Shown here: piece by piece, positions 39,375 to 50,900 of the stretch
How the letters are laid out: the number at the start of each line of letters is the position of its first letter
Numbering within the stretch: position 1 is the stretch's first letter
Source of the DNA: Candidatus Omnitrophota bacterium
GTDB taxonomy: Bacteria; Omnitrophota; Gorgyraeia; VGKN01
DNA: 57,673 nt
Direction of reading: 5' to 3'
Assembly (NCBI GenBank): GCA_043800345.1
Contig: JAZDNB010000022.1
Location: 1-57,673 of the forward strand
Notes under the pieces: model-generated
Seen by the model: only the letters and a program-made list of their open reading frames with translations
Told to the model about the DNA's origin: nothing
The model's database searches: none
Made by a program: the position numbers and the translations under genes

Positions 39375-39403
39375 ATTATAATTAATTATATGGAGGATGT
39401 CAA
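39375..39403 (-). promoter_or_regulatory. Perfect-consensus sigma70 promoter upstream of lysS
   Basis: TTGACA (39403-39398), 17 nt spacer, TATAAT (39380-39375). Confidence 0.85.
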
Positions 39404-39440
39404 TTGAAATAAATAGCCAAACTATAAGGATGTTATGGAC

Positions 39441-40934
39441 TTACAACTTTACTACCGGCTTAAAACGTGGCAGGATTAAAACCGATATGCTTAACACTAA
39501 ACATATAAAAGCAAATAAATCCCCGAATCTTGTATAAAATGTGTCTGAACGTAAAAGTCCAACCTCGCTTATGCAGACACCGGCTACCTCAATACTCTTT
39601 CCATGGGCATCCCTGACTTGATTATATAACCTCCCTTTCTCATCGATAAAACATGACAGGCCCGTATTTGCGCATCCTACCACATATACCCTGTTTTCAA
39701 CAGCCCTGAATATAGAGCCTTGGGCATGTTGGAAAGGGGCTGATGAATTTTTAAACCAGGCATCGTTGGTAATATTTACCATACAATTTGCGCCTTTTTT
39801 AATAAAATTCCTGACTATACTTCCAAAGATATTTTCAAAACAAACGAGCGTACCGAGTTTTGCATCTTTTATACTCAACAAACCATACTCTTTTCCTGCC
39901 TTAAAATCCCCTATTTCGATAAGACTTCTTATAAATCCGAAGATATTTTCAAAAGGAATATACTCTCCGAACGGAACAAGATGGAGCTTATTATGCCTTT
40001 CAAAATTTCTGCCGCTGTCTTTTATAAGAATGGCACTGTTAAACGGTTTTCCATAATTTTCAAAATCATAACCGATGCTTCCTACGAGCAAAGATGTGCC
40101 AGTCTCTTTTGCCAGTGCCGTGACCCTGCCAAGTAAATCAGGCTCTGCTTCAAGATATCCGGGCACGGATGTCTCGGGCCAGATTATCAGGTCAGGTTTT
40201 TCTTCTCCCGCCTTTTTTGTCAATACTTCATAGGTCCTCAGGATAAAATCTCTCTTGCTCTCTTCCCACTTCACATCCTGGGGGATATTGCCCTGTATGA
40301 GGGCTATTTTTATTTTTGAAAATGCCTTGGTGGTTTGACGTAGCTTAAAAATTCCGTATGCAAATAAAACGGATATAACCAAAAATACGGCAACAGCTTC
40401 TTTGGTGTTTTTACCCAAACCATCCCTTATAGAAAAATATAAAAGCACATTAACAAGCATAACCGCATATGAAACGCCGTATACGCCCGTACAATCCGCT
40501 ATCTGAATCATTGCCAGGTTTGAACTTTGGGAATACCCCAGTAGTACCCAGCCGAATCCGCTTAAAAAATGTGAGCGGATATATTCAAGCGCTATCCAAA
40601 CGGCAGGAGTTAAAAACAAAAACAGGATTTTCGGAAAACGTTCTAACTTTTTTGTCAGGATACCGAACAAACCAAAATATACCGCTAAATAGACTACCAG
40701 CAATATAAGCCCGATTAACGTAACATGTATTACCCAGTATATGGTAAGGGCATAAAAAACAATCCCCCCTGCATACCACAGGAAAAATGTTTTTTTCAAA
40801 GAACAATTTCTTGTTGCCAAAAACAAACACACAAACCCCGCCCAGGCAAGGAAGGTAAAGTTAAAATTGGGGAAGGCCAGCGAAAGGAAAACTCCGGATA
40901 ATACGGCAAAGATAAAAGGTTTAAGTTTGGACAT
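39441..40934 (-). CDS. lnt: Apolipoprotein N-acyltransferase
   Basis: TM helices, QGNI, WPE, KLHLVPFGEYIP, CFE triad, TNDAWF, RAVEN, NTG. Confidence 0.95.
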   Translation of the reverse strand: MSKLKPFIFAVLSGVFLSLAFPNFNFTFLAWAGFVCLFLATRNCSLKKTFFLWYAGGIVFYALTIYWVIHVTLIGLILLVVYLAVYFGLFGILTKKLERFPKILFLFLTPAVWIALEYIRSHFLSGFGWVLLGYSQSSNLAMIQIADCTGVYGVSYAVMLVNVLLYFSIRDGLGKNTKEAVAVFLVISVLFAYGIFKLRQTTKAFSKIKIALIQGNIPQDVKWEESKRDFILRTYEVLTKKAGEEKPDLIIWPETSVPGYLEAEPDLLGRVTALAKETGTSLLVGSIGYDFENYGKPFNSAILIKDSGRNFERHNKLHLVPFGEYIPFENIFGFIRSLIEIGDFKAGKEYGLLSIKDAKLGTLVCFENIFGSIVRNFIKKGANCMVNITNDAWFKNSSAPFQHAQGSIFRAVENRVYVVGCANTGLSCFIDEKGRLYNQVRDAHGKSIEVAGVCISEVGLLRSDTFYTRFGDLFAFICLVLSISVLILPRFKPVVKL

Positions 40935-40963
40935 TATCGGTTATGAATTTTTTATCTTTCCAC

Positions 40964-43699
40964 TTATTTCCCGCAGCACTTTTTGTATTTCTTCCCGCTT
41001 CCGCAGGGGCAGGGGTCGTTTCTTCCTACCTTTTCATCTTTTCTCTGGAATGTAGTAATTCTGGGGGCTTGGGATTGATTGCTTGCCGTATCATCGTTAA
41101 AGGCATGTTCAAAAACAGGCGCTTGAGGAACAGGTCTGGCGACTTCGGGATGGATAAATTCCTGCGGCAATGCCTCGAATACGCCCCGGATTTTTTCCTC
41201 GGTATAAGGCCTCACCTTAAGAATAAGTTCAAGCGCTTCTTCTTTTATTCGGTAGCTCATGTTCTCAAACATGTCAAACCCTTCGTGCTGGTATTCTACA
41301 AGCGGGTCTTTCTGTCCGTAGGCACGCAATCCTATCCCTTCCCGTAACGCATCCATCGCATAGAGGTGATCTTTCCATTTTGAATCAATGGTCTGGAGCA
41401 AAATTATTTTTTCAAGTCCCCTCATAATCTCGGTGCTGATAGCCGCCTCTTTCATGTTATATGCCAGTTGTAACGCCCCTTTTATATCCTCTTTTAATTT
41501 TTTCCTGTCCTGTTCATCCCGTTTGATTACGTTCTTATTAAGAAGAAATGTCGAGCTTAAAAAACTACAAAGGCCTTCCAAATCCCACTCCGTCTCGCGC
41601 AATTCTTCGTTTACGTAAATAGCTAAAACTTCATCGGCCACATCCTCTACCATTTCAAAGACATGGCCCTTAAGATTATCTTCTTCGAGCACAAAGCGCC
41701 TCTCGTCATATAAAATCTCTCTCTGCTTATTCATCACATTGTCGTATTCAAGAAGATGTTTTCGTATTTCAAAGTTATGCATCTCGACGCGTTTCTGCGC
41801 TGTTTCAATAGCCCTGGTAATAAGCGGGTGAGCGATTTCCTGGCCTTCTTCCATGCCAAGCTTATCCATTATGAGTTTTATCCTGTCGGAGCCGAATATG
41901 CGCAACAGGTCATCTTCAAGAGACATATAAAACTTGCTTGAACCGGGATCGCCTTGCCTGCCTGAACGGCCGCGCAGCTGATTATCAATCCTGCGCGCCT
42001 CATGGCGCTCTGTGGCAAGAATATGCAGACCTCCAAGACCCACCACTTTTTCTTTTTCCTCGGCAAGCTTGGTTTTCATGAGACTGAATGCTTCCTGTTT
42101 TTCCTGGGGGGTTACAATTTTCGGGTCTACGCCTTTTTGTTTTAAATAATCGTTTGCCAGGTAGTCGGGGTTTCCTCCGAGCAGGATATCGGTTCCGCGA
42201 CCTGCCATATTGGTAGCAATGGTAATACCTTTAAAACGACCTGCCTGGGCGACTATATGCGCTTCCATTTCGTGATATTTTGCATTCAATACCTGATGGG
42301 GGATTCCTTTCCTTTTTAAAAGAAGACTCAGTCTTTCGGATTTATCTATCGAAATAGTACCGACAAGCACGGGCCTTCCTTTTTCGTAATGCTCGGATAT
42401 TTCTTTTACTGCCGCATCAAATTTTTCTTTTTCGGTCTTGTAAATAGAATCAGGATAGTTTGTCCTTACAAGAAGCCTGTTGGTAGGCATAACGACGACA
42501 TCAAGTTTATAGATATGGAAAAACTCTCCGGCCTCGGTAAGGGCAGTACCTGTCATGCCCGCTAATTTCTCATACATCCTGAAATAATTCTGAAAGGTAA
42601 TGGTAGCAAGCGTCTGATTTTCGCGTTCTATTTTAACGGCTTCTTTTGCCTCTATCGCCTGATGCAGGCCGTCAGACCATCTTCGACCGGGCATAAGGCG
42701 CCCCGTAAACTCATCGACAATCAACACCTGGCCTTCTTTTATTACATAATCCACGTCCCGCTTAAATAGTTCATGGGCCCTAAGCGCCTGGTTTATATGA
42801 TGTTTATAATCCATGTATTTGATATCGTGGAGGTTTTCTATTCCTAAAAGCTGCGCCGCTTTTGGCTCGCCTTCTTCCGTCAAATAGGCGGTGTGCGCCT
42901 TTTCATCAACTATGTAATCGCCCGACTCCGTCTTTTTTTCCTCGTCTCTTTTGCCGCGGGTCAGCCGCGGGATGAGCTTGTCGATTTTGTAATATTTATC
43001 CGTTGATTCTTCCGCAGGACCCGAGATGATAAGCGGAGTCCGCGCCTCATCGATAAGGATACTATCCACTTCATCGACAATCGCATAGTGAAGTTTTCTC
43101 TGGACGCGGTCTTCTTTGCGGATAACCATATTATCGCGTAGATAGTCAAAACCGTATTCATTGTTTGTCCCGTAGGTAATGTCCGCGCCGTATGCAAGTT
43201 GTCTCTGATACGGAACCATATCGTGCTGGATTACGCCGACGCTGAGGCCTAAAAATTCATAGATGGGCCCCATCCATTCTCGGTCTCTGCGCGCAAGGTA
43301 GTCATTGACCGTAATAATATGCACCCCTTTTCCTGTTAATGCGTTTAAGTATGCCGAAAGCGTCGCGACGAGCGTTTTCCCCTCACCTGTTGCCATCTCG
43401 GCGATTTTACCCTGATGAAGAACAATACCGCCCATAAGCTGCACGTCAAAATGGCGCATCGCAACGGTTCTTCGCGCCGCTTCTCGTACCACCGCGAATG
43501 CCTCGGGAAGCACGTCATCAAGCGCTTCACCCGCACTCAGGCGCTCTTTAAAAGCATCGGTCTTTGCCCGAAGCTGCTCATCGGTTAATTTCTGCAACTG
43601 GGGTTCAAAGCTGTTTATCTGTTCAACAATAGGTGATATCTGTTTTAAGACCCTATCGCTCTGGGTGCCGAAGATTTTTGTAAGAATAAAATTGATCAT
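40964..43699 (-). CDS. secA: Preprotein translocase ATPase SecA
   Basis: [46 protein letters not shown]-terminal [18 protein letters not shown]. Confidence 0.98.
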   Translation of the reverse strand: MINFILTKIFGTQSDRVLKQISPIVEQINSFEPQLQKLTDEQLRAKTDAFKERLSAGEALDDVLPEAFAVVREAARRTVAMRHFDVQLMGGIVLHQGKIAEMATGEGKTLVATLSAYLNALTGKGVHIITVNDYLARRDREWMGPIYEFLGLSVGVIQHDMVPYQRQLAYGADITYGTNNEYGFDYLRDNMVIRKEDRVQRKLHYAIVDEVDSILIDEARTPLIISGPAEESTDKYYKIDKLIPRLTRGKRDEEKKTESGDYIVDEKAHTAYLTEEGEPKAAQLLGIENLHDIKYMDYKHHINQALRAHELFKRDVDYVIKEGQVLIVDEFTGRLMPGRRWSDGLHQAIEAKEAVKIERENQTLATITFQNYFRMYEKLAGMTGTALTEAGEFFHIYKLDVVVMPTNRLLVRTNYPDSIYKTEKEKFDAAVKEISEHYEKGRPVLVGTISIDKSERLSLLLKRKGIPHQVLNAKYHEMEAHIVAQAGRFKGITIATNMAGRGTDILLGGNPDYLANDYLKQKGVDPKIVTPQEKQEAFSLMKTKLAEEKEKVVGLGGLHILATERHEARRIDNQLRGRSGRQGDPGSSKFYMSLEDDLLRIFGSDRIKLIMDKLGMEEGQEIAHPLITRAIETAQKRVEMHNFEIRKHLLEYDNVMNKQREILYDERRFVLEEDNLKGHVFEMVEDVADEVLAIYVNEELRETEWDLEGLCSFLSSTFLLNKNVIKRDEQDRKKLKEDIKGALQLAYNMKEAAISTEIMRGLEKIILLQTIDSKWKDHLYAMDALREGIGLRAYGQKDPLVEYQHEGFDMFENMSYRIKEEALELILKVRPYTEEKIRGVFEALPQEFIHPEVARPVPQAPVFEHAFNDDTASNQSQAPRITTFQRKDEKVGRNDPCPCGSGKKYKKCCGK

Positions 43700-43703
43700 G
43701 GTA

Positions 43704-44802
43704 TTATTTTTTCGCCTTCCATTTTAAATATGCCTCGATAAAACCGTCAATATCGCCGTCGATCACATAAAGCGCTTTTGCTGTTTCATGGGCGGTCCTG
43801 TGGTCCTTTACCATGGTATATGGCTGGAACACGTAAGAGCGTATCTGGCTTCCCCAGGCAATATCCTGTTTTGCGCCGTAACGCGCTTCCTCCTTTTTCT
43901 TTCTCTCTTCCATCTTCTGTTCATATAGGCGCGCCCGCAATATTCTCATCGCGGTCTGTTTATTCTGAAACTGCGAACGCTCGTTCTGGCACTGCACGAT
44001 GAGTCCGGTCGGGATGTGCGTAATGCGCACGGCGGAATCGGTAGTATTAACGCCTTGGCCGCCCGGGCCGCTTGCGCGGTATACGTCAATTTTTATGTTT
44101 TCGTTTTTTATTTCTATTTCCTTGGTATCTTCTATCTCCGGTATGACGTCAACAGAGGCAAATGAGGTATGCCTTCTTTTGTTTGCGTCAAAGGGGGATA
44201 TGCGCACAAGCCTGTGGACCCCGGTTTCTGATTTTAGATAGCCAAATGCGAAATGGCCCTTTATAATCATCGTGGCATTTTTTATTCCGGCTTCTTCTCC
44301 GGGGAGCATATCCACGACTTCTGTTTTAAAACCCTTGCTCTCCGCCCATCGTGAATACATCCGTAAGAGCATCTTCGCCCAGTCGCAGGATTCAGTCCCG
44401 CCTGCGCCAGAGTTAACGCTTACAATTGCATTATTTTTATCGTGCTCGTCTCCTAAGAGCTTGTTAAATTCAAGTTCCGTTATTTTTTTTGATACGCTCT
44501 CAAGTTCTTTTTCAAAATCTTTTATCGTTTGTTCGTCGTTTTCTTCGATGATATCGATGAGTTCCGATATATCCTTGAATTTGTGCAGTGCTTCGTTAAA
44601 GGGATCAACGTTGACTTTTAGCTGCTTTAATTCCTCGATAACCTTACCTGCGGTTTCCTGATTATCCCAGAAACCCTTCTGCGCCATGGAGAGCTCTATT
44701 TCGGATATCCGTGTGTTCAGTTTTTCGACGTCAAAGATACCCCCTGAGTTCGTCGATTTTTGAAGAAATATCCTTTAATCTCTCTTTCAATTCATTAAGC
44801 AT
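43704..44802 (-). CDS. prfB: Peptide chain release factor 2, programmed +1 frameshift after codon 23 (about 365 aa)
   Basis: GGAGG RBS, ATG 44802, [23 protein letters not shown]-stop; the +1 frame continues [22 protein letters not shown]; SPF and GGQ motifs. Confidence 0.97.
44730..44745 (-). promoter_or_regulatory. RF2 autoregulatory frameshift site
   Basis: AGGGGG-TAT-CTT-TGA-C: internal Shine-Dalgarno plus the slippery CUU-UGA-C. Confidence 0.97.
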
Positions 44803-44910
44803 AACTATCCTCCAAAATTTAAGTAGCATTAAATTATCATATTTAAGGAAGGATTACAACAGAAAAGCACGGATAACCAACCTTGGCGTTGAATAGATTA
44901 GAAAAATACT

Positions 44911-44974
44911 AAGGAAAGGGGCTATCCTAAAAGAGGGGTTTCAGCTGGCGAAAACCTTCTCCCGGGTAGCCCCC
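44911..44974 (-). terminator. Long hairpin directly after the giant gene (putative terminator or stabiliser)
   Basis: Minus strand GGGGCTACCC...GGATAGCCCC outer stem with an imperfect inner stem, followed by TTTCCTT (weak U tract). Confidence 0.5.
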
Positions 44975-44980
44975 CAGATA

Positions 44981-47900
44981 CTACAATGTCCTGTCATATG
45001 GTACGCGTGTCTGCAATACTTCTTTGGTTATAGCCTGGGTTACAACGCCGGTCAATCTAAAAAGATCGCCGTCATCGAGCTTTCCGTGGCTTGCCTTTTC
45101 TATACACAGTTTCATGATAATATCCATCATCTCTTTGGATGTCGGCGTTTTCTCAAAATACATAAACTTATTATACCCTTTTACTTCGCGTGCGCCCTCT
45201 CCTATACCGATAAACACAATATCTATACCGAGCTCTGCTTCCAATGCTTTTAATTGTTTCCGTAACTCGCTAAACGATACCCCGGAGGTTTCGCCTCCGT
45301 CAGTGAATATTATTTCTAATTTATTCGGCTTATCTTTTCGCGTCGCATATTTTCGGCGTATGCCGTTCATGACCGAGACAGTATTAATACCGCCTCTGTC
45401 CGGTACATGCCAGAGATTGCCAAGTCCCTTCTCTACACTATCTTTATTCCGGCAGTCGGGAAAATCAAGAAGCAAATGGTGCTTATCTCCTATCGCGCCC
45501 AGCGAAAATTCCATATCCCTATTTATCGAAGCGGCAAGGTAAAATAATGACGTATAAAAATCCGACATTTGCGTAAAACTATTTTTTAACGGGGAATTAC
45601 CCAGTACGCTTCCGCTTATATCAACGGTAATACCGCAACTGAGCATTCCTTCGCGCTTAAGCCTTTTTACCTGGATAAAAGGCTCAAGCGAACCCATAAT
45701 CTTGAGGATAATATCTATTTCTTCTCCCGATTCGGCAGGCGTCCTCACTATCTGCTCGGGGGCGGCGAATATGTTAAGAAAATCCCTCACCAAGTGAGGA
45801 GAGATAGTCAAGAGTTCTTTTATCTTGTCTGCCAGGCCGCCCTCGGCGTCCGTATAAAAATCATCCTCAATCTCCGTATCCCGCTTTTTTTCCTCGTCTT
45901 CTTCTATGATGCCTTCATCGGGATTTTTATCCTGTTCTGTCATCTCAATTTCTTCATCAACGTCCTCTTCGTCTATGATATCAAATTCGGGAGATTCTTC
46001 TAAATCACCCTGGATTTCCTCTATCTGAAGCCCTCCTTTTCCGTGCGCAAGTTTAATCCTATATTTTCCCGCTTCTACGGTAGAGAGGTATTTCTCCGGT
46101 TCCTCAAAGAAAGTTCGTGCCGCATCCCGTATATCATTCTGCTTCATATAATGCTTTATACCTTCGAATATCCTCGTTACGTCAGATACGTCAAAGTTTT
46201 CATCAAAGTTAGAAATCATATAGTATCTATATGACGAGTTATAATGTTCGTCCATATAAATGGCGAATCCGTTAAGGATTGCCTTTGCGGCCTGACAGTA
46301 ATAATCCTTTCTCGCTCTTTCGAGCCCCCCGATTGCAACAACATTTCTTATTCTTTGTACAAGATCATATTCTATATATTTTAGTGCATCTGATGAAAAT
46401 AATAACGGGAATAGGGTCGAATAAAGCTCTATGTTCCTTTTTAAGCTTCTTCTCTTTATTACATTCTGGAACAGGTGGCCTAGTTCATGGAAGGCGGTCC
46501 AGTCTATTGCTTCCTGCTCGCTAACATGCGCTAGAAGCGCTTCCTCTGCCGACGGTTTTTCAAGGGCAATAGCAAATTCCCCTTCAAAATAACCAAGGAT
46601 AGAGCCCTGGCTAGAATCAACTACAAGCACCTGTGGTTCATTGCCAAGCACCTTCCATTCGTCCCAATTTTTCTTCTCTAGCGAACCTTGTTGAAGAAGA
46701 GAATCAAGACCATCCGGGGCCTTTAATCTCTGCGTTATTTTGCCTTTTACCGTAATCATTATATATGGTTTTTTGTTTATAATCAGACACTTCATGCTGC
46801 AGAAATAATTTCCCTTCGCTATAGTTCTTCTTAGGGAAAGCACTATTCGCCTAAGGGCACTCATCTTAATAATTTTTTCTTTGTAAAGCGCCGTCAGTTG
46901 CTCAACCTCTGTGCGTATACCGAGCTTTTTGGCAATATCAAGAAGCCGGTCTACATTAATACCTTCCGTGTCACGATGGGTTAGAGCAAATAAGAACGGC
47001 TGAAGGATTTTCTCAATAAAGTAAGGCATTTGGGCGTCGGGCTGCTCTTTAGCATATTCGGAAATAGCATTATTTATGGCATTTTTATCGTACGATATGA
47101 CTACTTTTTGCTTGACGCTACGGCGAGGTTTTTTAGGTGTTGTTTTTTCGCCTTCGGGTTCCACCTCTATAATGTCGTCAATTATTTCATCCTGCGAAAC
47201 CAATTCGGGCATATCGGCTGAAATATCTCTTATTTTGTCCGGTTCCGTTTTTATTTCCCTCACCCCGCTCGGCACGACAAAAGAAACCTGTTTCACCTGG
47301 CCAGATAATTCCTTCTTTACCTTGTCTATTCCCCTTCTGTGTATTTCCTTAAGAATATTAAAACGGTCTGTCCTGTTGTATTTCAAAGGATCGGGCATCC
47401 ACAGCTTGATTGCGTTAAAACTTAACTCATTCGCTATTGAATACCTCCCTGCATATTTTTCGGCGGGATTAAACGTCAACACCACCAAAACGTCCGAATC
47501 AAGTTCTACTTCAAATACCTCTCCCGCAAAATATACGCTGAATTTCCTTTCCCCTCTGAAGAGCGGCATAAGCGCAAAGAGGACATCGGGATTGGCATTT
47601 GCTTCATCCAGAAGCAATATCTTACGGTTTGCGTCCTGTTTCTGCGGCAGATGCACTCTTTTACCGTTTATTGTTCCGCACCGCGCCAGAAACTCTTTTA
47701 TCCCCACTTTAAACTTACCTTCCTCAAGGCGCAACTCCGCAGTTATATCCGAAACGCGGATATCTTCATAGGCATTCAATTGATAGAAGGGAATTCCCCA
47801 GATATCGGATATGCTATGCAGAAGGGTTGTCTTTCCTGTCCCGCTTTCTCCGTTTAAAAGCACAACCCGGGGATTAATAATTCTTCCGCTTGGCTCCTGT

Positions 47901-50900
47901 ATTCTTAAAAATGCCTTAATGAGCGCACTCATAAGTTGCCGTATGGTGTTGGTATATTCGATATAGCTCCTGCTTGTGGTTTCATGCGGCGGAAGGGAAT
48001 ATGCCTTTGCGCTCGTATCCCTGGGGATATCCTGCCCTCCTATCGAACTTAGTAAACGGCAGACAACAACAAGGTATTTTCCGTCAAGCAGTTTAACGCC
48101 CATGGTAGGAGAAAGCATTTTAAGCTTCCCGTCTTTTATATCCTGCGTTTTAAAACTATAGATATTACCCGGCGTCTGAATAATAATTTCTCCCTCTACC
48201 TTGATAACCGTTATGCCGTTATCGAGCACGATACCGCGGTTTATTTCTTCGGCATCCACACGGATACGGGGATGCTCAAACTCTTCAAAACTGATTGTGG
48301 TCAAACCGACGGTAATTTCATCCTTCAGCGCCTGATATATCTTGTCAGTGTCGGCATCTGACACCTGATTGTCTCTAAAAATAAACCTTTTTAGCCAATG
48401 GTCCTTCATAAGTTCCTGTTCAAACTTCACCTTGTCGGACTCTTCGAGAGCAGCCAGATAAAATAACATGAATGCCTTTAAGCAATAATAGAGAGGGTTT
48501 GGATGAAACGATTTTTTATCTACATCTTTCTGTTTTTCGCGTTGTATAAGTGCAGCGATTTCGAATATATCTTTTATCGAGAAACCGTAACGTATGTTAA
48601 AAACGCCGCTTCTATCAAATTGATACATCTTGACTGCTATGGCCCTGATCCAGAGCAGTTCTTTTTTAGTCACATTGGGATATCTGCTTTTTATTATATC
48701 CCTCAGTTCGGAAAGATCCTTCAGCGAACGGACTGCAATACGGCTGAAGCGGTTTATGAAAGGCGAGGAAAATTTATGCTCAAGCGGAGCCGATACCACA
48801 ATATGCGCCCATTCGGGAAGCACATATACAACTCTTTCCCCTTTTTCGTCGATAAGGGCAATGTTGCGCTCCGCAAGTAATCTATGCAACATGACTCGCT
48901 GTCTTTCCGGTATGGTATCCATATAACTAAAGAATAGAATCTTGTTGGCATGAGTACCTTCTCTTCTGGCTCTCTCCAGTTCATCTTCTCTTACGAGATG
49001 CATTGCCAGGAAACCAAGCGCCATCTTAAGACCTTCTGAAATTTTTTCTGTCTTAACCCCGTAGTCATCCATCTCATCAAACAAAGGAAGAAGACTTTCT
49101 AATAAATGCATACGCGTCATTTCATAGTGACAATCCGATGCATAGAGCTCCCACTCACTCATCAGAGAAAAACGTTTTACAAGGTCCGCTACATCCGCTC
49201 CGTCTTCCTCAAGCAAGGCTACGGGCCTTCCAAGGGATAAGGCGAGGGCAAAATCTCTTAAGGCCTTATTGGTAGAACCCACGTCAAGACCCGAAGAATA
49301 GCGCAGGTCATCATGGCGCGGTACAAGATCGGCATTGCCGTTTCCTGCAGAAAGCACAATACCTCCAAAATCTATTGTCCCATTAGTCCTGGTAACCTTC
49401 AGTGTCCCCCGCCACTCTTTTAGCCTCTCTTTGAGCTCGCCCGAGAGACTGTCTCCGTCAAAGATCTCTTCGATCATAGCCCACAAATTATTGAATTCGT
49501 TTTCTGATACCACCGTAGAAAGATAGTTAATCATTATGCCCTGGAACAGGGCCCTTGAAAGATCCTGTTCTTTGAGCGGTTTTTCCAGTTCTTTCTTAAG
49601 TAGCTGGGTAAAAGCGATTAACTGACGCGGACTTAATTCGTCTCTTGCCGGATGCTCATACAAAAATTTTCTATGCAGCCGGGCGATTTTATATTTTAAC
49701 TCCATGGGTAATTGCGGGACATCTTTTAAGTAATACTCAAGAATCCTTATACAATCTTCTTCGCTCAAGCGGTTATCAACCCATATCTTCATTGCTTGAC
49801 TATCTATGGTATATGGTATGCTGGATCTGCCCTTTGTCGCGTTGGACGGATTCTGGGTTATGGCAAGATGGAAATTTGGGTCTCTGGGTAGCCGAAGCTT
49901 AAGCCCCGGATGAAAATGCCCAAGATAAAGTTCCTCTAGCTGCGACACGCTTTGTAACAATGACAATAGCTCCTGGGAGTTTTTGCCCATTGCCCCTTCG
50001 TCTGCGTTATAGATTCCCCCGGTTGCAGCTTCGGGATTGCGATAATAGGCATTAAGAAAATCTATGAGAAATCTGCCCTGGGAATCTTTTTCTGCTGCGG
50101 TGAGAATCACCTTTTTCCCCTGTATCGTAAGTCTTCCCACCGCCTCGCCGATATCTATATCTTCATACATCAAACCATTATAATTCGGAAGTTTTATCCT
50201 CTGTGACAGGTCTTCTATGGAAGAAGTTTTTCCTCCTCCCTGATACCCTTCCAGAATAATGCTGCGATTATGTTTTAACGCGATAAGCATACTTGCATAG
50301 CGCCTTACCGATTCTTCCGTGGGGGCGAGAAATTTATCCTTGATAACTTCCACGTCCTCTAAATCCTTAAACCCCGTCTTAAACCATAGCAGTTCATTAA
50401 CCACGAGATATACAGAACCGTCACTGCCAACTTCATATCGCAGGGCATTTTTTGGGTCGGTGATGAAGGGTGCTTCTACTACGTCGCTAACGGTACTTTT
50501 AAGCTTTTCCGGCATATCGCGATGACATCTGATTCCGCCTAAATACTCGGGTATAAGTCCTATGGCGAGAGTGTAATAACCGATTTCTTTTATGAGCGAA
50601 AGAGGGTCCTTTTGAGGATATTTCTTTAAGGCCTCCCCCAATTCCGACAAGAAGGTATCAAGGTCGCTTCTGCTTATGCGAAGATGTTTATAAATAGAAT
50701 CCTCTTCTTCGGTCTTATAAAGCCAGTAGACGCTAAGGGCATAATCAATAATAGTTCTTTTGGTGTCGGCAGGAAGTGCTTTCATGTGGACGTTAAGGTG
50801 TTTACGGACATACTGCTCAACCCAGTCGCTGGTTATCGTTTCAGAGATATTTACGGGGCTAAACCTGTCAACTTCTGCAGGGCTTAAATTCGGCTTTTCC

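Noticed and set aside
43704-44802. prfB as a frameshifted pseudogene
   Set aside because: The break is the canonical programmed frameshift.
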